NCBI GenBank assembly: GCA_029838195.1
Contig: JALGVJ010000001.1
Coordinates: 1 to 64,000 of the forward strand
Source: Promethearchaeota archaeon
GTDB lineage: Archaea > Asgardarchaeota > Lokiarchaeia > Sigyniarchaeales > SOKP01
Length of the DNA stretch: 64,000 nucleotides
Direction of reading: 5' to 3'
Positions 1 to 9,158 of the stretch are shown piece by piece; position 1 is the first letter of the stretch; each line of letters opens with the position of its first letter. The notes beneath the pieces are model-generated. The model worked only from the letters and a program-made list of their open reading frames with translations. It did no database searches and had not been told where the DNA came from. Position numbers and translations under genes: made by a program.

Positions 1-1966
1 TTAAGACGAGAATTTTTTGAGCTCTAGAAAATGCTACATAGAAATGTCTTGCTCTATCAAATTCAGTTATTCGTTTAATTGGTTCATACAAACCACGATT
101 ATAAAATTTATTTAGATACTTATCAACAATTTTTTTGGTTCTAAATTCCTCATCTAAAGAACCCACAATGGTAATTGGAAATTCTAAACCTTTTGACTGA
201 TGAAATGTCATTATTTGGACATAACCTTTTGGAATAGGATTATCAGAATCTTCATATTCATCCATTCCTCCATCTATTAAAAAGTTAAAAAAACTGTTAA
301 AAAGTAGAAATTTTATATAATTTTTATTTGAAAATGTGATTATTGATACCTGATAGTAAATTTGGAAAATGCTCAAAATCTTGGAAAATTTTGATAAATT
401 TCTTGATTTTGGTTCATTTTTAATAAAATTTAAAAAAGGTTTGTAAGCAAGAATTTGATAAAAAATATCAATTAAGTTTAAATCAAGTGATTCTCCTTTT
501 TTAAGTGAATTTATCCGCTCTCTCCTTCTTCTAATGAAATCTCTCAGTGAGGTATTGTAATATTTTTGAATTAATAATAATCCTTCATCAATGAAATTCT
601 TATTTTTATAATCTTGTAAATTTTCATCGAAAAAACCGAAAATTAAAGCGAAACAAGCCATCATTAATTTAATTTCATCATTTTCGAAATAAGATTTCGC
701 TCTCGGACAAAAATAGGGGATGTTGATCTTTTCTAAAGCATCCATATATTTTTTACTGTATTTAAATCGTACACTTCTTAATAATAAAGCAACATCACTA
801 TAATCTTGAATTATTTTATTTTTTTTAAAAAAATATATCATTTGGGCCAAACGTGTTGCTTCATCTTTTTCATTACAGCCCCAAATACAAAAAATTGATG
901 GATATTTTGGAAATTCTTCATTTGGAGGAGGCTTTATAATTTTATTTGGATATCTATAGATTTTCTCAGATTTAGAACTCCAATCGATTGAACTCATAAA
1001 TTTATTATAAGATTTAATTATCCTCGGATGAGAACGATAATTAAATAATAATTTTATGGTTTTAATATCATTCTTAAAATGCTTTGGAAATTCTAAAATA
1101 TTCCTTACTGTTGCTCCTCTGAATCTATAAATTGATTGATCTTCATCACCAACGACACAAATATTATTATTTGGTTCACTTAAAAATAAAATTATTTGTT
1201 CTTGTACATAATTTGTATCTTGATACTCATCAATCATTAGATATTTTATCTTAGTTTTAATTTTTTTTGAAACTTTTGGATCATTTAATAACTTAAAAAC
1301 TAATAATTGAAGATTGGCGAAATCAATTTTATTATCCTTAAACATTAATTCTATATATTTAACATAACAATTTCCAAGTATTTTTACAAAAGAATCAATA
1401 GAATCGATAAGATCTCTGGGTTTAATAAGCTCCTCACTAATTTTATTAAAAAAAGGCACTATATTTTTTATAGTTGTCCATTTTGTTTTCCATCTTCCAC
1501 AATATCTCTCATTTATAAGTTCTCCGATTATAGAATCAAAATTTTCATAAATAAAAAAATATTGAGTAAGGTCATCAAGTATTATATAATTATTTTTAAG
1601 TGGAGTATATATCAAATTTCTTAAAATTATATCATTACATAAGCTATGAATCGTTCCAATCTTAATCTCTTGAAGCGAAATTTTTAACTTTATCTTTTTA
1701 ACAATCTGACTTAATCGATCTCTTAATTCAAATGCAGCCTTCTCAGTAAAAGTGGTTAATAGGATTTCCGAGGGTTTAGCTTTTCCAGACATAATTAAAT
1801 ATAAAGTTCTTAATATTAAGACTAAGGTTTTACCCGTTCCAGGACCCGCAATGATTAATAAAGGACCATCTGTAGTTATAATTGCCTTTTTCTGATCTAG
1901 ATTTAAAGTAGGAAATATTCTTTCAAAAATTTCTAAAATTGGGTCATCTAATTCTATTTTTCCCAT
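1..1966 (-). CDS. UvrD/PcrA/Rep-family SF1 DNA helicase (3' end runs off the window; absent from ORF track)
   Basis: Manual translation from ATG at 1966 gives MGKIELDD...LLIIAGPGTGKT (Walker A), LLTTFTEKAA, IDEYQD (Walker B), VGDEDQSIYRFRGA, NYRSHPRI, MTFHQSKGLEFP and FYVAFSRAQ. Confidence 0.93.
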   Translation of the reverse strand, partial: MGKIELDDPILEIFERIFPTLNLDQKKAIITTDGPLLIIAGPGTGKTLVLILRTLYLIMSGKAKPSEILLTTFTEKAAFELRDRLSQIVKKIKLKISLQEIKIGTIHSLCNDIILRNLIYTPLKNNYIILDDLTQYFFIYENFDSIIGELINERYCGRWKTKWTTIKNIVPFFNKISEELIKPRDLIDSIDSFVKILGNCYVKYIELMFKDNKIDFANLQLLVFKLLNDPKVSKKIKTKIKYLMIDEYQDTNYVQEQIILFLSEPNNNICVVGDEDQSIYRFRGATVRNILEFPKHFKNDIKTIKLLFNYRSHPRIIKSYNKFMSSIDWSSKSEKIYRYPNKIIKPPPNEEFPKYPSIFCIWGCNEKDEATRLAQMIYFFKKNKIIQDYSDVALLLRSVRFKYSKKYMDALEKINIPYFCPRAKSYFENDEIKLMMACFALIFGFFDENLQDYKNKNFIDEGLLLIQKYYNTSLRDFIRRRRERINSLKKGESLDLNLIDIFYQILAYKPFLNFIKNEPKSRNLSKFSKILSIFQIYYQVSIITFSNKNYIKFLLFNSFFNFLIDGGMDEYEDSDNPIPKGYVQIMTFHQSKGLEFPITIVGSLDEEFRTKKIVDKYLNKFYNRGLYEPIKRITEFDRARHFYVAFSRAQKILVL

Positions 1967-2090
1967 TAGTAAGGAGATAGTTATTTATGATTATATATAG
2001 AAATATTAAGACCTATCATCTTAATAAACTTTTTAATTCAATTTAAGAAGTTTTATTTTAGATTAAATACCTAATTTCTAAATTAACTAT

Positions 2091-2333
2091 ATGATTTCAG
2101 AATTGAAAAATGGGTGTTTCTTAGTCTTCTTAAATTTAAAATGTATAGAGTTATTTAAAAATTATACTCTCGAATGGGATGCTGTAAAATTCGAAAATCA
2201 AGATGATTATGATTTAATTCCGTGTGAAATTTACTTTATCGCGATGATTAATGCTTTAAATAAAAAAGAAGCAATCAAGAGGGGAAAACGTTTATTTGAC
2301 TCAAAATGTCCTTGCAGAAATAGTAAATTATAA
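2091..2333 (+). CDS. small hypothetical protein
   Basis: 80-aa ORF in a very AT-rich region; no recognisable motif. Confidence 0.35.
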   Translation: MISELKNGCFLVFLNLKCIELFKNYTLEWDAVKFENQDDYDLIPCEIYFIAMINALNKKEAIKRGKRLFDSKCPCRNSKL

Positions 2334-2440
2334 TAAATCTCAAAACTGATTTGTTTTTTCAATGACTAAAGGATTTAAAAGAGTAGAGAAAAATGTGTTG
2401 TTATAATTTCATCGCATTATATAAAAATTTGATCTAAGTA

Positions 2441-2626
2441 TCATTCTGTATTTTTTAATTTTTCTTTAAACCATAATTCAATTCCTTTAATCAGTAGCAT
2501 TTTCGCTAGTTCATTATCTTTAATCTTGAAGTAATCTCTGGCTTCAATAAAATCATTATAAGCATTGGGATTCTTGTCTTTCCATAATATGAAACGAATT
2601 TCAATATCTTCTTTCTTTTTTAACAT
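2441..2626 (-). CDS. small hypothetical protein, possibly a ribbon-helix-helix-like DNA binder
   Basis: 61 aa from ATG 2626 (MLKKKEDIEIRFILW...NELAKMLLIKGIELW), a strand-helix-helix pattern. The longer track ORF's N-terminus looks spurious. Confidence 0.35.
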   Translation of the reverse strand: MLKKKEDIEIRFILWKDKNPNAYNDFIEARDYFKIKDNELAKMLLIKGIELWFKEKLKNTE

Positions 2627-2823
2627 AATATGATTACTCTTTATCAAATTTTGTATATAATGACAAATCTTGGAAGAAAGAACTGACAAAAAGCAAAAAA
2701 ATTTTATGCGGAATAAAAAAATAAGACAATCTTTAATAAAAAGGAGAAATCTAATAAGATTTAAAGAAATTCTAACGTCTATACTATTCCGATTTATCAA
2801 TGAAAAGGAACTTAGGGAATCTA

Positions 2824-3190
2824 TTAAAAAGTTCTTAAAATCGCTTCTTGAGTTTTTTGAAGCTCCAGTAACAATAACTCATCAGCATTATTAGATCCTT
2901 CTGCTTGGATGTAAATCGATAAAATGTTCAAAACAATCTTATAATTGGGAGCAATGTATTCTTTTAGTTTTTCAAGAATATTATCTATGAATATATCTGA
3001 AACTCCCTTGGTTATAATCACCATTTTTTCCAACCTTTTCAAGAGATCTTCTGAATACTCAGTTGATTTAGAGAATAAAACACCATACCATTTTAGTTCT
3101 CTTGAAACCTCTTCAGGAGTGATCTTCTTATTTTTAATTGCTTTCTCTCACTGTTCAATTCTATAGTTCCATAATTCAAAATATCTATCT
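2824..3190 (-). pseudogene. degraded gene fragment
   Basis: Protein-like frame DRYFELWNYRIEQ*EKAIKNKKITPEEVSRELKWYGVLFSK...LKRLEKMV..., broken by stops and lacking a proper start. Confidence 0.35.
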
Positions 3191-3624
3191 TAAATTCCAT
3201 GTGATTAATTATGTATTTTAGGCTGAAAGGGATTAAGTTTTAGACCTATTATGGATACCATACACAATAATGAACATAAGCCCCCAGATTGAGACTTTGA
3301 TTTCATTCGATTTCTAACTCAACTCTTATACTAAGATCCTTTTATTACTCAACAAATAATTAACGAATTAGCAATGAATTTCTTGAGATTTATGAAGACA
3401 TAAGATTTTTAGAAGAAATAAAGCAAAAAATAATTCAATGAAAAGTAAACATCAAATTCAAATTCTTATAAGATCATTCATATATATTATAAGAGCAGAA
3501 TAAAAAAGAAAAAATTGGAAAGGAGTCCATTGCCAAAAATTTCTAAAATTTGGATTATTCATTGCCAATAATTACTAAATGTATTACCAATATTATTTAA
3601 AAAACACAATTTATAATCGCAAAT

Positions 3625-4545
3625 ATGCATTTTGTAGAGAAATTAATTGAACAAATCATAGATAAAAAAAGCGTGATATGCATGGGATTAGATCCTCGCA
3701 TGAACGGCGAAGGACAAATACCACGTTATCTCATTGAAGAGCTTCAAGAACCAAATAAAATTATTAGGGAATTTAATAAGATTTTGATCGATAATGTCCA
3801 CGATTTAATTCCCGTGGTCAAGCTTCAAATCGCATTTTATGAAAAATATGATGCCTTGAGTGCTCTAAAAGATACGGTTAAACATGCGCACGAGAATGAT
3901 TTATTAGTGATAATAGACTCGAAAAGAAATGATATTGGTTCTACTTCTGAAGCTTATGCAGAGTCCACGTTCTATGTATACGGTGCCGATGCCTGCACGT
4001 TAAATGCGTATTTTGGCTACGACAGTATTGCCCCCTACTTAAAATATAAAGATAAAGGCTTATTCATTTTAGTGAAAACCTCGAATCCCAGTAGCAAGGA
4101 GTTTCAAGATTTATTTAGCGTGAAATTAGATGCCGTGCCGGAAAATCAAATTAAATTTCATATCAATCATATCGAATTGGAACGAAATTACATTAAAATG
4201 GCAAGATTAGTGAATGAATGGAGTAAAGATTTGGAAATGTTTTCCTCCTATCATGATATGGGAGTAGTAGTGGGGGCTACTTATCCTACCATCTTAAAAG
4301 AAATTCGAACCATCGTGAAGCACTCCTTTATCCTCATGCCCGGCTACGGAACACAAGGAGCTACCGCCTCGGATATAAAACTTGGTTTCCATGAAGATGG
4401 TCTAGGGGGAATCGTTAATTCTTCAAGAGGAATCATGTTTGCTTATCGCAATTCTGCCTTACATGGAGCACGAGATTTTGGAAAAGCCGCCCGAGAAAAA
4501 GTGCTAGAAATGAATGCAGAAATTAATAGAGCGATTGGCTTGTAA
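3625..4545 (+). CDS. pyrF: orotidine-5'-phosphate decarboxylase
   Basis: CMGLDP, KLQIAFYE, DSKRNDIGST, VKTSNP, VVGAT, PGYGTQG and VNSSRGI motifs. Confidence 0.95.
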   Translation: MHFVEKLIEQIIDKKSVICMGLDPRMNGEGQIPRYLIEELQEPNKIIREFNKILIDNVHDLIPVVKLQIAFYEKYDALSALKDTVKHAHENDLLVIIDSKRNDIGSTSEAYAESTFYVYGADACTLNAYFGYDSIAPYLKYKDKGLFILVKTSNPSSKEFQDLFSVKLDAVPENQIKFHINHIELERNYIKMARLVNEWSKDLEMFSSYHDMGVVVGATYPTILKEIRTIVKHSFILMPGYGTQGATASDIKLGFHEDGLGGIVNSSRGIMFAYRNSALHGARDFGKAAREKVLEMNAEINRAIGL

Positions 4546-4570
4546 AATCATGAATTCAAAGATATTTCGC

Positions 4571-4978
4571 TTAAATAGAATTGACAATCATACCAAAAAT
4601 ATTAGCAAAAATGATAAACGGAATCCCAAACAAGAGAAACACTACAAGCGATCTTTTGGCTCCCAATCGATGAATCATGTTAATTAAATTATAATCGACG
4701 AAAAGCGCTAAAAGGATAACAAGAAGGATAGCGGGATTATTCTCTCCATTAAATTCTCCCGCAATTCCAAACAAGATGAAAGGCAAGAAAACAAAAAAGA
4801 TTACGAGTAATTGAATGAAAAAACTAATGATCACCCAATAGAAGTTTTTCCTCTCTTGGGCTTTCACAATCATGAGCCCTATTTTTAGCAAAACAATTTC
4901 GGTTAAAATGAACACCGGGATGAAGATAAATAGGGCAACTAAGTTGGGAGGAGATTCTTGAAAAAGCATGAAAAACAT
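4571..4978 (-). CDS. small 4-TM membrane protein
   Basis: Four hydrophobic segments in 135 aa. Confidence 0.7.
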   Translation of the reverse strand: MFFMLFQESPPNLVALFIFIPVFILTEIVLLKIGLMIVKAQERKNFYWVIISFFIQLLVIFFVFLPFILFGIAGEFNGENNPAILLVILLALFVDYNLINMIHRLGAKRSLVVFLLFGIPFIIFANIFGMIVNSI

Positions 4979-5188
4979 GATTATTTAAACTCCTTTCTTC
5001 TTGATTCTTAATGCATTTACTTTCTCACTTATATTTTTAATATAGAAGATTTTTGATTTAAAATTAATTACTTTCTTTCAGATACATGTTCTAATTAAAA
5101 ATTAAAAGGAATGAATATTTTCGATCTTAATCAAGATTTATAAAAAACTTGGAGGATAATTAAAAAAAAGAAAAAGGAAATACGTGCA

Positions 5189-7150
5189 ATGGTAGATACA
5201 GAGAACCAAGATGATATCAAAATTTTCGTTGCTGTCTGTGAATGTGGAATAAATATCGCTGAAATTATTGACTGTGAAAAATTGGCTGAATATACCAAAA
5301 ACTTGCCCAATGTCGTAGGAGCAAAAAACTATCTGAGTTTATGCACGGAAGCCGGTGCTGAATTTATTAGGGAAAATGTGGAAGAAAGCAAGGCTAATCG
5401 GGTCATTGTGGCCGCTTGAACTCCTAAAACCCATGAGCCCGTTTTCCAGAGCGTGCTTAAATCCATGAACATGGATCCCTCCTATTTAGAATTTGTCAAT
5501 ATAAGGGAACATTCGAGCTTCGTTCATCGCAATGATAAGCCTGGCGCTCAAAAAGTGGCCGAAGATGCAATTAGATCTGCTGTGGCTCGAGCTTCCACCT
5601 TGGAAAAAATCTTAGTTAAAAAAGTCGATGTCACTAAAAAATCCTTAATTATCGGGGGAGGTGTCGCTGGATTAACCGCCGCCATCGATCTTGCCGACCA
5701 AGGATTTGATGTGCACTTGGTAGAAAAAACTCCTACAATAGGCGGTAAAATGGCCATGTTAGATCGAACATTCCCTACAGATGATTGCTCCATCTGAATA
5801 TTAGGACCCGTGATGCTCGAGTCTGTCCGAATGGATAAAATACACGTGCATACCTATAGTGAAATAGAAAAAATTGAAGGATATATCGGAAATTTCACCG
5901 TAACTATTAGGAAAAAAGCACGATACGTGAAAGACACGTGTAATGGCTGTGGAGCGTGCACGGAAATTTGTCCTGCGCACGGATACGATGAATTCAACCA
6001 AGGATTAAATCCAAGAAAAGCAATCTACATCGCTTTTGCCCAAGCAGTGCCGTCCATGGCTCAAATTGATATGACAAAATGTATTCGATGCGGATTGTGT
6101 CAAAGCGTGTGTGAACTAAAAGCCATTGATTTCGAGCAAGAAGATGAGTTCATTGAGGAAAAGGTTGGATCCATCATTATTGCAACGGGTTGGGACGAAT
6201 ATGAGCCTCCAAAAGGATATTTAGGGTACGATATATATCCTAATGTCATAACGCAGATGAAATTGGAGCGAATCTTGGCACCAAACGGTCCTACGACGGG
6301 ACATCTCGTGCGACCTTCGGATGGAAAACGTCCAAAAAGGATCTTGTTTGTTCAGTGTGTTGGGTCTCGGGATTTGAATAAAAATACTTATTGCAGTTCG
6401 GGCGTGTGTTGCATGATCTCCATTAAGAATTCGAAGCTAATAAAGCAGCATTATTCGGATTCAGAAATTACCGTGGCTTACATGGATATAAGAGCAGCGG
6501 GAAAAGATTACGAAGAATATTATACTATGTCTCGTAAGGAGGGAATCAAATATATTCGAACCAATATCTCGAAAGTGGAAGAGGATCCGGAAACGCACAA
6601 CCTTAAAATCATCTTGCAAAACACGTTGAGTTCAGAAAAATTAACCGTGGAAGAATTTGACATGATTGTGTTATCGGCGGCATTAGTACCCCCCAAGGGC
6701 ATTAAAAAACTGCAAAAAATGCTGAAGCTTGAAACTAGCAGGGATGGGTTTTTCAAAGAATTTCATTCGCGCTTAAATCCGATTGATACCAACGTTCCGG
6801 GAATTGTATTAGCCGGGGTTGCACAAGGTCCCAAATCCATCGCGGAAGCAATTGCTCAAGGAAGAGCTGCAGCTTCTTCTACGGCTCGCCTCATGACAAA
6901 GGACAAATTCGAAATTAAATTAATTCGAGCCACCGTAGACAAGGAAAAATGCGCTGCATGTCGATTGTGCGAATTAAATTGACCTTATAACGCAATCAAG
7001 ATAGAACAAGAAGGAGCTAACGTAAATGAAATTTTATGTCGAGGATGTGGGGCTTGTCTTTCAGAATGTCCCTCGGAAGCCATTTCCTTAAGGTATTATC
7101 GAGAACCTCAATATGAAAAACAAATTGATGCAATTTTAGAAGAAATTTAA
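5189..7150 (+). CDS. hdrA: heterodisulfide reductase subunit A, selenoprotein (653 aa; Sec at residues 77, 203, 598)
   Basis: Track ORFs 5189, 5453 and 5810 share one frame, joined by TGA at 5417 (VAA-U-TPKTHE), 5795 (DDCSI-U-ILGP) and 6980 (CAACRLCELN-U-PYNAI). The frame then continues through CRGCGACLSECP to TAA at 7148-7150. HdrA motifs: VCECGINI, VNIREH, IIGGGVAG, QCVGSRD, YCSSGVCC. Confidence 0.95.
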
Positions 7151-7163
7151 AAAGGTAATAAGT

Positions 7164-7655
7164 ATGGCAGAGAATGACATTAAGATTATCGGATTTTTAT
7201 GTTGGAAATGAGGGTATGGGGGAGCAGATATGGCAGGGACCATTCGGGCTCAATATCCGGCAACATTACGGCCCATTCGGGTAAATTGTACGGGGAGAGT
7301 GACGCCAAATCTCATGCTACGTGCTATCGCAAGAGGAGCTGATGGCGTGGTATTAGCGGGCTGATATCCGGGAGAATGTGATTTTGATACGGGTAATTAT
7401 GTTGCTAAGCGAAATACAGAGTATGCTCGAGAAATTCTGAGGAGCGTGGGGCTTTCACCGGAACGAATTCAAATCTTCTGGTGTTCCGCTGCGGAAGGAC
7501 AAGTATTTCAAGAGAACATTGAGCGGATCACGGAAACTATTAAGAAATTAGGCAGCAACCCCTTGAAAGAAGCGATAAAAAAAGGAAATGAGAAACAATC
7601 TCTTGTCGGTTCTAAAGGAAATAAAGAGAAAAGAACAAAAAACCGAAATGGATGA
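7164..7655 (+). CDS. mvhD: MvhD/VhuD [2Fe-2S] hydrogenase delta subunit, selenoprotein (163 aa; Sec at residues 16 and 67)
   Basis: ATG 7164 follows AGGT. Translation: MAENDIKIIGFLCWK-U-GYGGADMAG...IRVNCTGRV...GADGVVLAG-U-YPGECDF...GLSPERIQIFWCSAAEG, with TGA at 7209 and 7362 at MvhD Cys positions. Confidence 0.93.
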
Positions 7656-7710
7656 ATTTTGTGAGGAAATATTTGTCACAAAATGACGACCTTGCGAGGG
7701 TTTCGGGTTT
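7640..7710 (+). promoter_or_regulatory. eukaryote-type SECIS element
   Basis: Helix I AAACCGAAA/TTTCGGGTTT; core ATGAA (7652-7656) opposite TGAC (7684-7687); helix II ATTTTGTGA/TCACAAAAT; apical loop GGAAATATTTG with AAA. Lies directly 3' of two TGA-recoded genes. Confidence 0.85.
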
Positions 7711-7714
7711 ATAT

Positions 7715-7790
7715 TCATTTTTCACTTTTCCATAATTTTTTTAAAATTTTTTAATTTTTATTTTTAGTTTTTATCTTAATTTTTATTAAG
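7715..7790 (+). terminator. oligo-T-rich tract, probable archaeal terminator region of hdrA-mvhD
   Basis: Several T5-T7 runs immediately after the SECIS. Confidence 0.4.
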
Positions 7791-7800
7791 GAATTGCATC

Positions 7801-9099
7801 ATGGGTAAAAAGGATCCTTCTGAATATTATTTAAAAGCCCAATCGCTTTATAAAGCTTCCCAATTTAAAAAAGCAGGAAAATATTTTTCTCAAGCGGCAG
7901 AAGAATTTGAACGAGTAGGAGACATGGAGTCTGCAATTGATAGTTATCTTCATGGCGCCCAATCTCATGCGAAAAAAGAAATTTATATCAAGAGTAGTGA
8001 ATTGTTAAGGTTAGCGGGGCACCTTTCAATAATTCATGATCAGTTTTCAAAAGCTCATCAAATATTTCAAAAAGCTCTTGAAGTGGCATCAAAAATAGAT
8101 AAAATCCGGGAGAGGCAGGCATATCAACTATTATTTTCCATTTTTTCGTTTTTCTGTTATTTTTTGGAAGGAGCGGATGATAAAGGGATTCACGGAATTA
8201 AGAAAGTGAAAAAATTCTTGGATGAGAGTTTTTTTAAAAATCATTTCCTCACGAGAGTGGTAAAGGATTTCCTGTTATTTTTTAAAAATCGCAACATGAA
8301 TTACGTGGCAAAAATCGAGGAGGAGTTAATGAGCAATGATTTATTAGAGGGAGAATTAAAATTAATAAAAACCGCTTTAAATATTGCGAAAATTAATCTT
8401 TTCATGAAGTCAGAATTACATTTGGATAAAAGGCTCTATACTACGAATGATCTCATAAAATTAACGGTCACCCTCGATCTCTCCATCATTCAAGAGTTAT
8501 CGGGAAATTCAAATCAAGATTTTCAGATCAAGACCTTTAAAATTACCAGAATCAATATTAATTTAACAGATAATTTTACTACCACGGAAAAACCTGCCCT
8601 TCCCATCATTTTAGACCTCAATCGAGAAACCCTAATCTCTTATGTTATTAAACCACATTTTCAAGTCGAGGAGCCGAAAATAGGCCCCATTACTTTTTAT
8701 TGCATTTTAAATGATACTTTCGCTTTTACCCATGATACAGAGGTTATTAAGCCAAATTTGATTTCTCCCCCCCCAACTCTCCACGCTGAGACTAAGAATC
8801 TGAGACCTCCTTTAACGGATAAATCATTTCCATTACAAATCACGGTGGAAAACATGAGTGAGGGAGATGCTCATGATTTAAACTTGACAGTATTGCTTCC
8901 CGATCAACTTAAATTAATCCGGGGAACTCTGGAAAAAAAGGTGTATTCTTTAAATTCTTACGAAAAAATCACGTGGGAGCTTCAATTAAAACCTATAGAA
9001 GCCGGAGATTATCAATTAGAATTGCAATTGAAGTATAAGGATGGAGATGGAAATATAATTGAAAATTTAGAACAATTCCCCATATCCGTGAAAATGTAA
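7801..9099 (+). CDS. TPR/SNAP-like helical repeats plus C-terminal Ig-like beta-sandwich domains
   Basis: N-terminal A/Y-patterned helical repeats; C-terminal alternating beta pattern (FPLQITVEN...WELQLKPIEAGDYQL); no signal peptide. Confidence 0.65.
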   Translation: MGKKDPSEYYLKAQSLYKASQFKKAGKYFSQAAEEFERVGDMESAIDSYLHGAQSHAKKEIYIKSSELLRLAGHLSIIHDQFSKAHQIFQKALEVASKIDKIRERQAYQLLFSIFSFFCYFLEGADDKGIHGIKKVKKFLDESFFKNHFLTRVVKDFLLFFKNRNMNYVAKIEEELMSNDLLEGELKLIKTALNIAKINLFMKSELHLDKRLYTTNDLIKLTVTLDLSIIQELSGNSNQDFQIKTFKITRININLTDNFTTTEKPALPIILDLNRETLISYVIKPHFQVEEPKIGPITFYCILNDTFAFTHDTEVIKPNLISPPPTLHAETKNLRPPLTDKSFPLQITVENMSEGDAHDLNLTVLLPDQLKLIRGTLEKKVYSLNSYEKITWELQLKPIEAGDYQLELQLKYKDGDGNIIENLEQFPISVKM

Positions 9100-9158
9100 T
9101 TTATTTAATGGATTAAATCAATAAAAAAAATAATCAAATCCCTATAAACTTCAAGAAG

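Noticed and set aside
5189-7655. hdrA/mvhD as pseudogenes, or genome-wide UGA reassignment
   Set aside because: All five interruptions are TGA, in frame and at Cys sites, with a SECIS downstream; many other genes here end in TGA.
7653-7755. Sec readthrough of the mvhD terminal TGA
   Set aside because: The MvhD domain is already complete, a second TGA follows two codons later, and the extension is low-complexity T-rich sequence.
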